Assembly: GCA_965207305.1 (NCBI GenBank)
Contig: CBDBMB010000002.1
Span: 303,344-367,343, forward strand
Length of the DNA stretch: 64,000 bases
Origin: Dehalococcoidia bacterium
GTDB lineage: Bacteria; Chloroflexota; Dehalococcoidia; Lucifugimonadales; JAGWBF01
Reading direction: 5' to 3'
The stretch's first letter is position 1; each line of letters opens with the position of its first letter. This document shows, one piece after another, positions 39,539-48,420 of the stretch. The position numbers and the translations under genes are program-made. Below the pieces are notes generated by a model. It was given only the letters and a program-made list of their open reading frames with translations. It made no database searches and had not been told where the DNA came from.

Positions 39539-40489
39539 CTAGCCGTCTCTGATATGGGCCGGCATGGAGCCGGTGAGGGCCGTCTTCAGCGCGTCCCGGA
39601 GGCCTATTTTCTTCACGTAGTCTATGTTGCCGGCCACCGGCCTGGGCCTGAAGCCGAAGGTCTCCTCTACCGTGTTCAGCCCGGCGACGTTGGGGATGGC
39701 CATGGAGCGGAGCTGGTCTTGGGTCGCGAGGGCTCTCCCAGTAAGGGCCGCCATGGCCCTGATTGCCGGGCGCATGAAGCGCAGGGGGACGTGTACCCTG
39801 AGGCGCCGTACCCCGCAGGTCCGGGCTACGGTGCGCACCAGGTCGTCCAGGGGCAGGTGCTCGGGGCCGCCCAGCTCGATCACCTTGCCGATGAGGTCTT
39901 CCCGCCCGGCAGTCTCGGCGAGGCAGCGGGCCATCTCGTCTACGGCCAGGGGCTGGAACCTGTTTCTCCCCGTGCCCGGTATCGGGACGATGGGGAAGGC
40001 CTTGGCCAGGCTGGCCAGGAGGTTTACGAACTCGTCCCCCGGACCGAAGATGATCGACGGCCGCAGTATCGTGTAGGGCAGTCCGCTGCCTATGACGGCC
40101 TGCTCTCCCTGCCACTTGCTGTACAGGTAGGCGTAGCTCGGGTCGTCGCGGGCGCCCAGGGCGCTCTGGTGGATGAAGTGGCCCACGCCCGCTCCTGCGG
40201 CGGCCTCCACCACGTTGGCTGTCCCCCTGTGGTTGATCCCGTCCAGGGTGAGGGAGCCCCGCTCCCGTATGATGGCTACCAGGTGCACGACCACGTCCAC
40301 GTCGTAGAAGGCCGCCCTCAGGGCCGCGGGGTCGAGCACGTCGCCGTAGTGTACGTCCAGGTTGCTGCCCAGGACGCTTTCGCTGCCCGGCGTGCGTACG
40401 AAGCACCGGACCTCGACGCCTCTGGCTAGCAGGGCCTTGACCACCTCCCTGCCCACGAACCCGGTGGCCCCGGTGACGAGTGTGACCAT
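39539..40489 (-). CDS. atypical SDR, NAD(P)H-binding (NDUFA9/NmrA-like)
   Basis: MVTLVTGATGFVGREV Rossmann motif; 316 aa. Confidence 0.8.
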   Translation of the reverse strand: MVTLVTGATGFVGREVVKALLARGVEVRCFVRTPGSESVLGSNLDVHYGDVLDPAALRAAFYDVDVVVHLVAIIRERGSLTLDGINHRGTANVVEAAAGAGVGHFIHQSALGARDDPSYAYLYSKWQGEQAVIGSGLPYTILRPSIIFGPGDEFVNLLASLAKAFPIVPIPGTGRNRFQPLAVDEMARCLAETAGREDLIGKVIELGGPEHLPLDDLVRTVARTCGVRRLRVHVPLRFMRPAIRAMAALTGRALATQDQLRSMAIPNVAGLNTVEETFGFRPRPVAGNIDYVKKIGLRDALKTALTGSMPAHIRDG

Positions 40490-40573
40490 GGAGCTCTCGG
40501 CTGCCTCCCCGCTTCCTCGAGGGCGCCCGCCCCCTGTGGCGGCGCAATGCGCAGCCTATCAGACCCCCCTTGG

Positions 40574-40624
40574 GGTGTCAACGAAGGGGCGGTGTCAACG
40601 AAAGGGCGGCGTCAACGAGGGGAC
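40574..40624. repeat. 17-nt tandem repeat x3 upstream of the SDR-folC-fabF genes
   Basis: GGTGTCAACGAAGGGGC (40574-40590), GGTGTCAACGAAAGGGC (40591-40607) and GGCGTCAACGAGGGGAC (40608-40624). On the minus strand each unit carries TTGAC(A/G). Confidence 0.8.
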
Positions 40625-40657
40625 CGGCGCAGGGCGGCGGGGAGCGGGGCCCAGGGG

Positions 40658-41863
40658 TTATCGGTCCCCGAAGGTGAACGTGTAGAGCACGAACTGGTCC
40701 GAGTCCACGTGCAGCTCCAGCTCGTGGGTGGCCACCTCGGGGCCCCGCACCACGTTGTACATCCTGGCCTCCTGGGCCTCGAAGTACGTGCGCCCCGTGT
40801 CGTCGACCAGGATGTCGTCGCCCCGCAGCCCCTCGGGTATGGGCCCGCCGTCCAGCACCGCGAACACCGGGAAGGACGGGCCGTCGTCGGGCCGGATCAC
40901 CGCGTTGACGCTGGCCGCCTTGTACTTCAGGGCCACGTAGTCTTCCAGGTCCTGGGTGCTACGCCCGTGCCGCACGCTCTCGGTGTCGAAGTACCACGCA
41001 CCGTGCAGGACGAACTGTCCCTCCTGTCTGGACCCGTCGTCCTGGTAGAGCCCCTCCCGGTCCCCCGCTGGAAGCTGGTTTCCCAGGTACTCGCCTCCGG
41101 CCCATCCCAGGCCGGCGTACAGCTCCCTGGTGGTGCGGGTGCGCGGACCGCGCGTCTCGATGGTCCCGCCGATGTCGATGCCGGATATGTCGTACCCGGC
41201 CCTGGCCAGCGCCCCCTGTATCATCCTCTCGGTCTCGTCGTAGGCGCCCTCTCCGATGTGGTCGTAGATGATCCGGCCGTGGTGGTCTATGAGGAACTTG
41301 TGGGGCCAGTACCGGTTGTTGTAGGACCACCAGGTCCTGAAGTCGTTGTCCATGGCCACGGGCCACGTGACGCTCTCTCGCACTATGGCTTCACGGACGC
41401 CGTCCACCCGCTTCTCGAACTCGAACTCGGGAGAGTGTACTCCGACGATGACCAGGCCCCGGTTGGCGTATTTGCTGTTCCAGTCCCGTATGTACGGCAG
41501 GGTCCTCAGGCAGTTGATGCAGGTGTAGGTCCAGAAGTCGATGAGCACCACCCGGCCCCGGAGCTCTTCCATGGTCAACGGCGGGGTGTTGAGCCACTTG
41601 ACGATGCCGCTGAACTCGGGGGCGTCGGGCCAGGGGCCCGGGGCCAGGGTCGGCGCCTGCGTCGGGGGCGGGGTCGCCGTCGGGGCCGGAGTGGCCTCCG
41701 CCGGTTGCGAGCCCGGGAACCCTGAAGCCGGGGCCCCGGACGTTGGGGACCGTGCGGGCTCCTCCGTCCCCCCGCACGCGGCGGCCGCCAGCAGCAGCAC
41801 CGGCAGAATCGCCAGCGCCGCCGCCGGAAGCAACAGTGTTCTAGCCGGGGAGCGTTTCGTCAT
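40658..41863 (-). CDS. exported thioredoxin-fold protein with DipZ-like C-terminal domain, copy 1
   Basis: The ATG at 41863 gives MTKRSPARTLLLPAAALAILPVLLLAAAAC, a signal or lipoprotein-like leader. WTYTCINC is the CxxC redox motif. The C-terminal roughly 200 aa form a beta-rich domain. Confidence 0.75.
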   Translation of the reverse strand: MTKRSPARTLLLPAAALAILPVLLLAAAACGGTEEPARSPTSGAPASGFPGSQPAEATPAPTATPPPTQAPTLAPGPWPDAPEFSGIVKWLNTPPLTMEELRGRVVLIDFWTYTCINCLRTLPYIRDWNSKYANRGLVIVGVHSPEFEFEKRVDGVREAIVRESVTWPVAMDNDFRTWWSYNNRYWPHKFLIDHHGRIIYDHIGEGAYDETERMIQGALARAGYDISGIDIGGTIETRGPRTRTTRELYAGLGWAGGEYLGNQLPAGDREGLYQDDGSRQEGQFVLHGAWYFDTESVRHGRSTQDLEDYVALKYKAASVNAVIRPDDGPSFPVFAVLDGGPIPEGLRGDDILVDDTGRTYFEAQEARMYNVVRGPEVATHELELHVDSDQFVLYTFTFGDR

Positions 41864-41904
41864 CGGTCCACCTGCTAATACGGCCGGCGGGGCCGGACAG
41901 ATTC

Positions 41905-42861
41905 CTAGTTCAGCACTGCCAGGAGGCCCATCTCCAGCTCCTCCGCCGAGGCAAACCCCTCGTACTTGGCGGAGATGAGGCCGTCCCGGTCCAGGATGAA
42001 CACCCACGACTCGTTGAGGTACCCCTCCGCCCGGGTTATTCCCCAGTCCTCCACGATGGGAGAGTACCGGGCGTTGTCCAGGTCCCCCTGTATGGCCGCG
42101 GGGTTGTCGTAGACCTCCACGTGAATGAAGTTGGCGTCGTCCCGGTACTTGTCCTTGACCATGCTGACCGTGTCAGCTTGGGGGCCGCAGGTAGGGCTGG
42201 TGCAGGTCCCCGGGCTGGAGAAGACTATCATGGTCGGGTCGGCGTTGGCAACGGCCTGGTCTATGGTGGAGGTGTAGAGCTGGGGGTCGGGAGTGGACCA
42301 GGTGGTCAGCTCCTCCAGGCTTCCGTCCCGCAGGGTCTTGTTGTCCCCCCGGGGGGGCGGCGAACCCAGGCGGGGGGTGTGGGTGTCTTCCTTCACCACC
42401 AACGGGATGCGCGCCGCCTGTCTGTCATCCCCCGGCACCATGACCTCCAGGTCCCACCTGCCCGGCCTGTCGAACTCCAGGCTCGTGGCGTAGCTGGCGC
42501 GGACGCCGTAGGGCCAGACGAAGTATTGCGCGGTGGCCGAGCCCCCGGCCACGGGAGTTGACCCGTCCTCCGGCAGGTAACGGGACGTGACCGAGACCTG
42601 GGGCGCGGTGACGAAGCCCGTCGGCCCCTCCAGCAGGAAGGATATGCGGTTGCGGGCCAGGCCCAGGTCCGTGGTGGCCAGGATGGGCGTGATCTCCGGC
42701 TGGGGCTCTTCCGTGTCCGCCGCGATGGGGACGCCGGAGGTCTCGGGAGTCTCGGGCTCGTCGGCGTCGTCCCAGGGCTGGAGGACCAGGATGGTCAGCG
42801 AGACCAGCAGGGCGGCGATGGCCACCACCCCCGTCAGGACGAGCGCCAGGGTCTTCTTCAC
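41905..42861 (-). CDS. membrane-anchored thioredoxin-fold protein (CX4C, TlpA/SCO-like)
   Basis: GTG start and an N-terminal TM helix (LALVLTGVVAIAALLVSLTILVL). The FSSPGTCTSPTCGP motif lies in the C-terminal domain. Confidence 0.55.
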   Translation of the reverse strand: MKKTLALVLTGVVAIAALLVSLTILVLQPWDDADEPETPETSGVPIAADTEEPQPEITPILATTDLGLARNRISFLLEGPTGFVTAPQVSVTSRYLPEDGSTPVAGGSATAQYFVWPYGVRASYATSLEFDRPGRWDLEVMVPGDDRQAARIPLVVKEDTHTPRLGSPPPRGDNKTLRDGSLEELTTWSTPDPQLYTSTIDQAVANADPTMIVFSSPGTCTSPTCGPQADTVSMVKDKYRDDANFIHVEVYDNPAAIQGDLDNARYSPIVEDWGITRAEGYLNESWVFILDRDGLISAKYEGFASAEELEMGLLAVLN

Positions 42862-42938
42862 CGGCTTTTCCCATCGCGGGTCGCGGTCATCTCATCCATG
42901 ATGCGAACGCCGTCCGTCCGGGTGTCGCGGCGGCCGGG

Positions 42939-44237
42939 TCACGGCCCCTCCGCGTAGGAGCCGAATGTGAAGGCGAAGACGCCGAAACGGTCGGAGTCGC
43001 TGCTGAGCATCAGGTCGTGGCCGCCGTACTCCTCCAGCCGCACCAGGTTGTACATGCGGGGCTCGTTTATCTCGAAGAACGTCCTCCCGTCGTCTTCCGA
43101 CTGCACGTGGAAGCCCCGGGCGTCCTCGGGGACCGGCTCCGAGTCCATGGTCAGGTAAACGCGGATGGGCTCGCCGCCGTCGAAGTCCGTCACCACGTTG
43201 ACGCTGGTGCCGTGGAAGCGCAGGGCTATGAAGTCCTCCAGGTTGTCCGTCTGACGCCCGTGGGTGAGGCTCTCGGCGCCTTTTATCCACGAGCCGTTCA
43301 GGTACAGGAAGTGGTTGCGGTACTCGTCGGAGGGGGTGTAGTCGTACGGCATGTCCAGGGGGGCGGAGTAGTAGTCCGGGTTGGCGATGTAGGCCCCCCG
43401 CACGGCGAAGTTCCGCACGTAGCCCGCGTACAGCTCCCTGGTCTGGCCGGTCCCGTCCCTCTGGTACGCCCGTCTGTCGGGGTCTGGCCCGGGGTCGGTG
43501 CCCGGGGCGATGGCCGACACGTCGGCGCCCGCCTCGGTGAGCAGCTCGCGGATCAGCTCCTCGGTCTCGTCGTACGCGCCCTCTCCGAAGTGGCTGTACC
43601 GGATGATGCCGTCCTTGTCTATGAGGTACTTGGCCGGCCAGGCCCGGTTGTTGAAGGCGAGCCAGGTCTCGAACTCGTTGTCCTGGACTACGGGATACTG
43701 TATGCCGTGCTCCTCGATGGACTTCTCGATGTTCCCCCTCAGCTTCTCGAACTCGAACTCGGGCGAGTGGACTCCCACGATGGTGAGCCCCAGGTCCGCG
43801 TACCGGTCGTGCCATGCCGTCAGGTAGGGCAGGGTGCGGATGCAGTTGACGCAGGTGTAGGTCCAGAAGTCGATGAGGACCACGCCGCCCCGCAGGCTTT
43901 CGATGGTGAACGGCTCCGTCTGTATCCAGCCCGAGATGCCCGCCAGCTCCGGCGCGGCGCTCCCCACCGTGCCGGGCGTCGGGGTGATGGTCGGGGGCGC
44001 GGCGTCCTCGGCCCCGGCGGTCTCCTCGGGCTCCGGGGTGTCCGTGGCCGGCGGCAGCGGGGTGGGGGTCGGCTGCGCGGTCGCCGTGGGCTCGGGCGTG
44101 TGGGTGGGTGCCGTCGTGGCCGTCGGCTCTGCCCGGGCGCATCCCGCGGCCAGGGCGGCCAGCGCCGCCAGTGCCACGATCGCCGCGGCCAGAACCGGGA
44201 TGGGTCGTCCCCAGTTAGTACAAAAAGACGGGTGCAT
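42939..44237 (-). CDS. exported thioredoxin-fold protein with DipZ-like C-terminal domain, copy 2
   Basis: The ATG at 44237 gives a leader ending ALAALAAGC, followed by a Pro/Thr-rich linker. WTYTCVNC is the redox motif. It is a paralogue of 40658..41863. Confidence 0.75.
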   Translation of the reverse strand: MHPSFCTNWGRPIPVLAAAIVALAALAALAAGCARAEPTATTAPTHTPEPTATAQPTPTPLPPATDTPEPEETAGAEDAAPPTITPTPGTVGSAAPELAGISGWIQTEPFTIESLRGGVVLIDFWTYTCVNCIRTLPYLTAWHDRYADLGLTIVGVHSPEFEFEKLRGNIEKSIEEHGIQYPVVQDNEFETWLAFNNRAWPAKYLIDKDGIIRYSHFGEGAYDETEELIRELLTEAGADVSAIAPGTDPGPDPDRRAYQRDGTGQTRELYAGYVRNFAVRGAYIANPDYYSAPLDMPYDYTPSDEYRNHFLYLNGSWIKGAESLTHGRQTDNLEDFIALRFHGTSVNVVTDFDGGEPIRVYLTMDSEPVPEDARGFHVQSEDDGRTFFEINEPRMYNLVRLEEYGGHDLMLSSDSDRFGVFAFTFGSYAEGP

Positions 44238-44492
44238 GTCGTCTCCGTGCGAGTCCGGGTGGGTGTTCGGTCCAGGGCGCCGTCGGACTAAGGATACCAC
44301 GGCGCTCTTGCCGGTCCACTAGCTACTACGCAGACCGGCCGCCCTTGTATCTCTCCCGCGCGGCCCTTGTCCCCGCCTCCGCACGGATTGCCCTGGCGTG
44401 TTGTCGCCTCCCCCCGCGCCGCGTATACTACTCCCATCGGCGGCCCGGTTGACCGAGGACCCACGACCCCACCCGGTGTGCAGGGGGAAGTC

Positions 44493-45488
44493 GTGAAAGT
44501 AGACATACACTGCCACTACGTTCCCAAGAAGGCCATCGAGCGCCTGGAGAAGTACCCGTCCAGCTACGGGGTGCGCCTGGCCGAGGCCGTCAGCGGCGGC
44601 CGGTGCCTCTGCTTCGACTACGGCCTCCGCGTTCGGCCCTTCTCCATGTTCCCGGACCTCCTGGACCTGGACAGGCGCGTCGGCGAGATGGACCGCCTGG
44701 GAATAGACCGGCAGGTGATCTCGGTGTGGACCGACGCCTTCGGGTACGGCCTGCCGCCCGCCCTGGGGGCCCGCTGGATTAGGGCCATAAACGACGCCCT
44801 GTTCGAGGAGATACAGGGCCACCCGGGGCGGCTGTCGGCGATGGCCGCCGTCCCCCTCCAGGACGCCGACCTGGCCGCGCGGGAGCTGGAGTACGCGGTC
44901 AGGGAGCTGGGGGCCAACGGCGCCGTCATCGCCGCCAACGTGGCGGGCACCAACCTGGGCGACGCTCCACTGGACGGCTTCTGGGCCGCTGCCGTGGAGC
45001 TGGGCGTGCCGGTGTTCATACACCCCGATGAGCCGGTCCCGCCTCCCAGGGCCGCCAAGTACAACCTCAACCCCCTGGTCCACTACACCTACGACACGAC
45101 CATCACCGTCGGCTCCCTGATCTTCGGCGGGGTGCTGGACCGGTTCCCCGGCCTGGACCTCGTCCTCTCCCACGGCGGCGGCTACTTCCCGTACCAGGCG
45201 GGCCGTTTCGACCGGATCTACCGCAACATGGCCCCCGAGGACGCCCCGGGGCAGCCTCCTTCCCACTACCTGCGGCGGTTCCACTACGACACCATCCTCC
45301 ACTACGCACCCGCGCTGAAGTACCTGAGGGACCGGGTGGGAAGCGACCGGTTGCTGCTGGGCAGCGACTACCCCTTCCCGCCGGCGGACCTGGACCCCCT
45401 GGGAAGCCTGAGGGACGCCGAGTTCTCGTCAGACGAGATCGAGGACGTCGGCGGCAACAACGCGCGCCGCCTGTTCAAGCTGGCCTAG
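44493..45488 (+). CDS. amidohydrolase-2 family protein (ACMSD-type decarboxylase/hydrolase-like)
   Basis: GTG at 44493 gives VKVDIHCHYVP (HxH metal motif); 331 aa. The upstream part of the track ORF is spurious. Confidence 0.75.
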   Translation: MKVDIHCHYVPKKAIERLEKYPSSYGVRLAEAVSGGRCLCFDYGLRVRPFSMFPDLLDLDRRVGEMDRLGIDRQVISVWTDAFGYGLPPALGARWIRAINDALFEEIQGHPGRLSAMAAVPLQDADLAARELEYAVRELGANGAVIAANVAGTNLGDAPLDGFWAAAVELGVPVFIHPDEPVPPPRAAKYNLNPLVHYTYDTTITVGSLIFGGVLDRFPGLDLVLSHGGGYFPYQAGRFDRIYRNMAPEDAPGQPPSHYLRRFHYDTILHYAPALKYLRDRVGSDRLLLGSDYPFPPADLDPLGSLRDAEFSSDEIEDVGGNNARRLFKLA

Positions 45489-45528
45489 CGGCCCGCCCAA
45501 GCCGATGCTCGCGTAGTAAGGAGGAGTC

Positions 45529-46350
45529 ATGCTCAGGATATCGATCGACCCCACCTTGGAGATGGCCTACGAGGACGACGACTTTACCGATCCCTGGAAG
45601 AAGTCCGAGGTGGTGGTGTACCAGCACTGCAACACTGGCAGCAGCCGCATGTACTACGCCTGGGTCCCCACCATAGCCCGCCACTACCGGTTCATACGGG
45701 TCAACCGCAGGGGCCAGGGAGGGTCCACGGTGCCCCCTCCCGGCCGCCACTGGACCCTCAAGGAGTGGTCCGGCGAGATGGGGACGTTCCTCGACCGCCT
45801 GGGCATCGACAAGGTCCACGTCATCGGGGAGGCAACGGGCTCCTACGTCTGCCTCCAGTACGCCTACGACCACCCCGACCGCGTCCACAGCCTCACGATG
45901 ATAAACGTGGTGCCCAACGAGGAGGACTCAAAGCTGGCCGAGCGGCCGGGCATGCGGGACTGGGGGCCCCTTCTGGAGCGGGGCTTCGAGGACTGGATCC
46001 TGGGCAGCAACCCGGAGCGGTTCGACGCGGACGTCGACCCCGACCTGGTCCGCTGGCACGCGGAGGAGAAGCTGAGGCAGCCCCACGGCGTATCCATCGA
46101 GGTCATGCAGGGCATGGGCGCGCACATCCTCCGGGACGTCCCGGAGATGTTCGTCAACCTGAAGGTCCCATCCCTGGTGATCACCGGGGAGTCGGGCATC
46201 ATCCACAACCCGGAGACGGCCAGGCGTGTCCAGGAGATGGTCCCAGACTGCAAGGTGGCGGTCATCGACGGCGTCTTCGGCTACGTTGCCCACGTGGCGC
46301 CCGAGCGGTGCGCCCAGGCATGGCTGGAGTTCGCCCGGGGCCTGGCGTAG
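45529..46350 (+). CDS. alpha/beta-hydrolase-fold protein with non-canonical nucleophile elbow (GEATG)
   Basis: 273 aa; AAGGAGGAG RBS. The usual GxSxG position reads VHVIGEATGSY. Confidence 0.7.
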   Translation: MLRISIDPTLEMAYEDDDFTDPWKKSEVVVYQHCNTGSSRMYYAWVPTIARHYRFIRVNRRGQGGSTVPPPGRHWTLKEWSGEMGTFLDRLGIDKVHVIGEATGSYVCLQYAYDHPDRVHSLTMINVVPNEEDSKLAERPGMRDWGPLLERGFEDWILGSNPERFDADVDPDLVRWHAEEKLRQPHGVSIEVMQGMGAHILRDVPEMFVNLKVPSLVITGESGIIHNPETARRVQEMVPDCKVAVIDGVFGYVAHVAPERCAQAWLEFARGLA

Positions 46351-46353
46351 ACG

Positions 46354-48420
46354 TTGCGTCTGGGCATCGACATCGGGGGGACATTCACCGACCTGACGGG
46401 CCTGGACGAGGCCACCGGCGAGATGTTCCACCTCAAGACCCTCACCGACCCGCAGCAGCCCGTCCGGGCGGTCTGGGAGGCCCTCCAGGGAGCGGGCATC
46501 GACCCCTCGGCTCTCACGAGGCTCTCCCACGGCACCACCATCGGCATCAACGCCATCGTCGAGCGCAAGGGCGCGCCCACCGCCATCGTCACCACCCGGG
46601 GGTTCCGGGACATCCTGGAGCTCAGGCGCAGCGCCCGCACCCACGTGCTGGACCCGCTGATGGACAAGCCCTACACCTTCGTGCCCCGGCGCTGGAGAAT
46701 GGAGGTCGACGAGCGGGTCGCCTGGGACGGCAGCGTTTCCCGCCCCCTGGACCCTGCCGAGCTGGAAGCGGTCCTGGAGGACCTGGCCGCCCGGGGCATC
46801 GAGTCTGTGGCCGTGTGCTTCCTGCACTCCTACGCCAATCCCGCCCACGAACGCCAGGCCGGAGAGGTGCTGACCCGGCGCTTTCCCGGGCTGTACCATA
46901 CCCTTTCATCGGAGATCGTGCCGGCCCTGGGCGAGTACGAGCGCACCAGCACGGCGGCGCTGAACGCCTACGTGCATCCCGTGGTGCACAGGTACCTGAC
47001 GGACCTGGAGGGCAACCTCAGGGAGCGCGGCCTCGCGACGCCCCTCCAGGTCATGCAGTCCAACGGCGGCGTCATGACGGCCCGGGAGGCGGCCCGGCAC
47101 CCGGTGCACATCCTGGAGTCGGGCCCGGCGGCGGGCTCCATCGCCGGCGCCCGCGTCGCGGAGCTCTTGGACTTGGAAAACGTGGTGACCTTCGACATGG
47201 GCGGCACCACCACCAAGGCCTCGGTGATCGAGGCAGGCACGCCCCTGTCCACCGTGGAGTACGAGCTGTTCGAAGAGCCGAACAGGCCCGGGAGCGGCTG
47301 GCCCATTCGTGTCCCCATGATAGACATCGTGGAGGTGGGTGCCGGCGGCGGCACCATCGCCTGGCTGGACGACGGCAACAACCTCCAGGTGGGCCCCCAG
47401 AGCGCCGGGGCCCTGCCCGGTCCCGTGTGCTACGGCAGGGGCGGCGACCTGCCCACGGTGACCGATGCCTACGTCGTGCTGGGCAGGCTGGGCTCCCTCC
47501 TGGGCGGCGGGCTGCCCCTGGACGTGGAGGCCGCCCGGCGTGCCCTCGCCGAGAAGGTGGCGCGGCCCCTGGGCATGACCGTGGAGGAGGCCGCCGCCGG
47601 GGTCTTGGAGATAAACGATACCCGGGCCGCCGACCTTCTCCGGGAGATGACCATCTCCCGGGGCCGCGACCCCCGGGACTTCACGCTGGTCGCCTTTGGC
47701 GGGGCGGGGCCTCTCGTGGCGGCCTACGTGGCCTGGGAGGTGGGCATGGCGGCGGCGGTGGTCCCCCCGGCCCCTGGCAACTTCTCCGCCGCGGGCCTGC
47801 TGCTGGCCGACGTGGTCCACGACGCCATGCGCACCTACACTGTAGCGCTGGACGAAGCTGACCCGGACCGAGTGGGCTCCCTGCTGCGTGAGATGGTCGG
47901 GGACCTGGCGGAGGACCTGGAGCGGCAGGGGGTCGGCGAGGGCCAACGACGGTTCGAGCTCGGGGCCGACATGCGCTACACGGGCCAGTTCCACGTGATA
48001 AACGTGCCCGCCTCCGGAGCGGCGGTCGACCGGCGGTCCTTCGAAGAGATGGCCCAGGCCTTCCACCGGGAGCACCAGCGGCTCTTCACCTATCAGCTCC
48101 CCGAGGAGCCCCTGGAGCTGGTGAACCTGCGGGTCCGGGCCGTGGGCGTCCTGGAGAGGCCCGTCGCCCCTCAACTGGCCCCCGGTGAGGCCGGTGCGGC
48201 CCTCCTGGGGACCCGCCCCGTCTACTTTGGCGAAGAGGGCGGCCGCGTGACCTGCCCCATCTACGACAGGGCTGCCCTGGCCGCCGGAGCGTCCCTGACC
48301 GGGCCCGCCATCCTGGAGGAGACCACGTCGACGACCCTGGTGCCTCCCGGGTGCGGCGCATCGGTGGACGGCTACGGCAACATACTCATCAGGCCAGTCG
48401 ACCCGGGAGTGGGCGCATGA
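46354..48420 (+). CDS. hydantoinase/oxoprolinase family, A (HyuA-like) subunit
   Basis: TTG start gives LRLGIDIGGTFTD (ASKHA-fold N-terminus); 688 aa. Confidence 0.85.
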   Translation: MRLGIDIGGTFTDLTGLDEATGEMFHLKTLTDPQQPVRAVWEALQGAGIDPSALTRLSHGTTIGINAIVERKGAPTAIVTTRGFRDILELRRSARTHVLDPLMDKPYTFVPRRWRMEVDERVAWDGSVSRPLDPAELEAVLEDLAARGIESVAVCFLHSYANPAHERQAGEVLTRRFPGLYHTLSSEIVPALGEYERTSTAALNAYVHPVVHRYLTDLEGNLRERGLATPLQVMQSNGGVMTAREAARHPVHILESGPAAGSIAGARVAELLDLENVVTFDMGGTTTKASVIEAGTPLSTVEYELFEEPNRPGSGWPIRVPMIDIVEVGAGGGTIAWLDDGNNLQVGPQSAGALPGPVCYGRGGDLPTVTDAYVVLGRLGSLLGGGLPLDVEAARRALAEKVARPLGMTVEEAAAGVLEINDTRAADLLREMTISRGRDPRDFTLVAFGGAGPLVAAYVAWEVGMAAAVVPPAPGNFSAAGLLLADVVHDAMRTYTVALDEADPDRVGSLLREMVGDLAEDLERQGVGEGQRRFELGADMRYTGQFHVINVPASGAAVDRRSFEEMAQAFHREHQRLFTYQLPEEPLELVNLRVRAVGVLERPVAPQLAPGEAGAALLGTRPVYFGEEGGRVTCPIYDRAALAAGASLTGPAILEETTSTTLVPPGCGASVDGYGNILIRPVDPGVGA

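Noticed and set aside
40574-40624. Possibility that the 17-nt x3 tandem repeat is a CRISPR array
   Set aside because: The units are directly adjacent with no spacers, too short and too few, and there are no cas genes. I treated it as a promoter-region iteron or tandem repeat.
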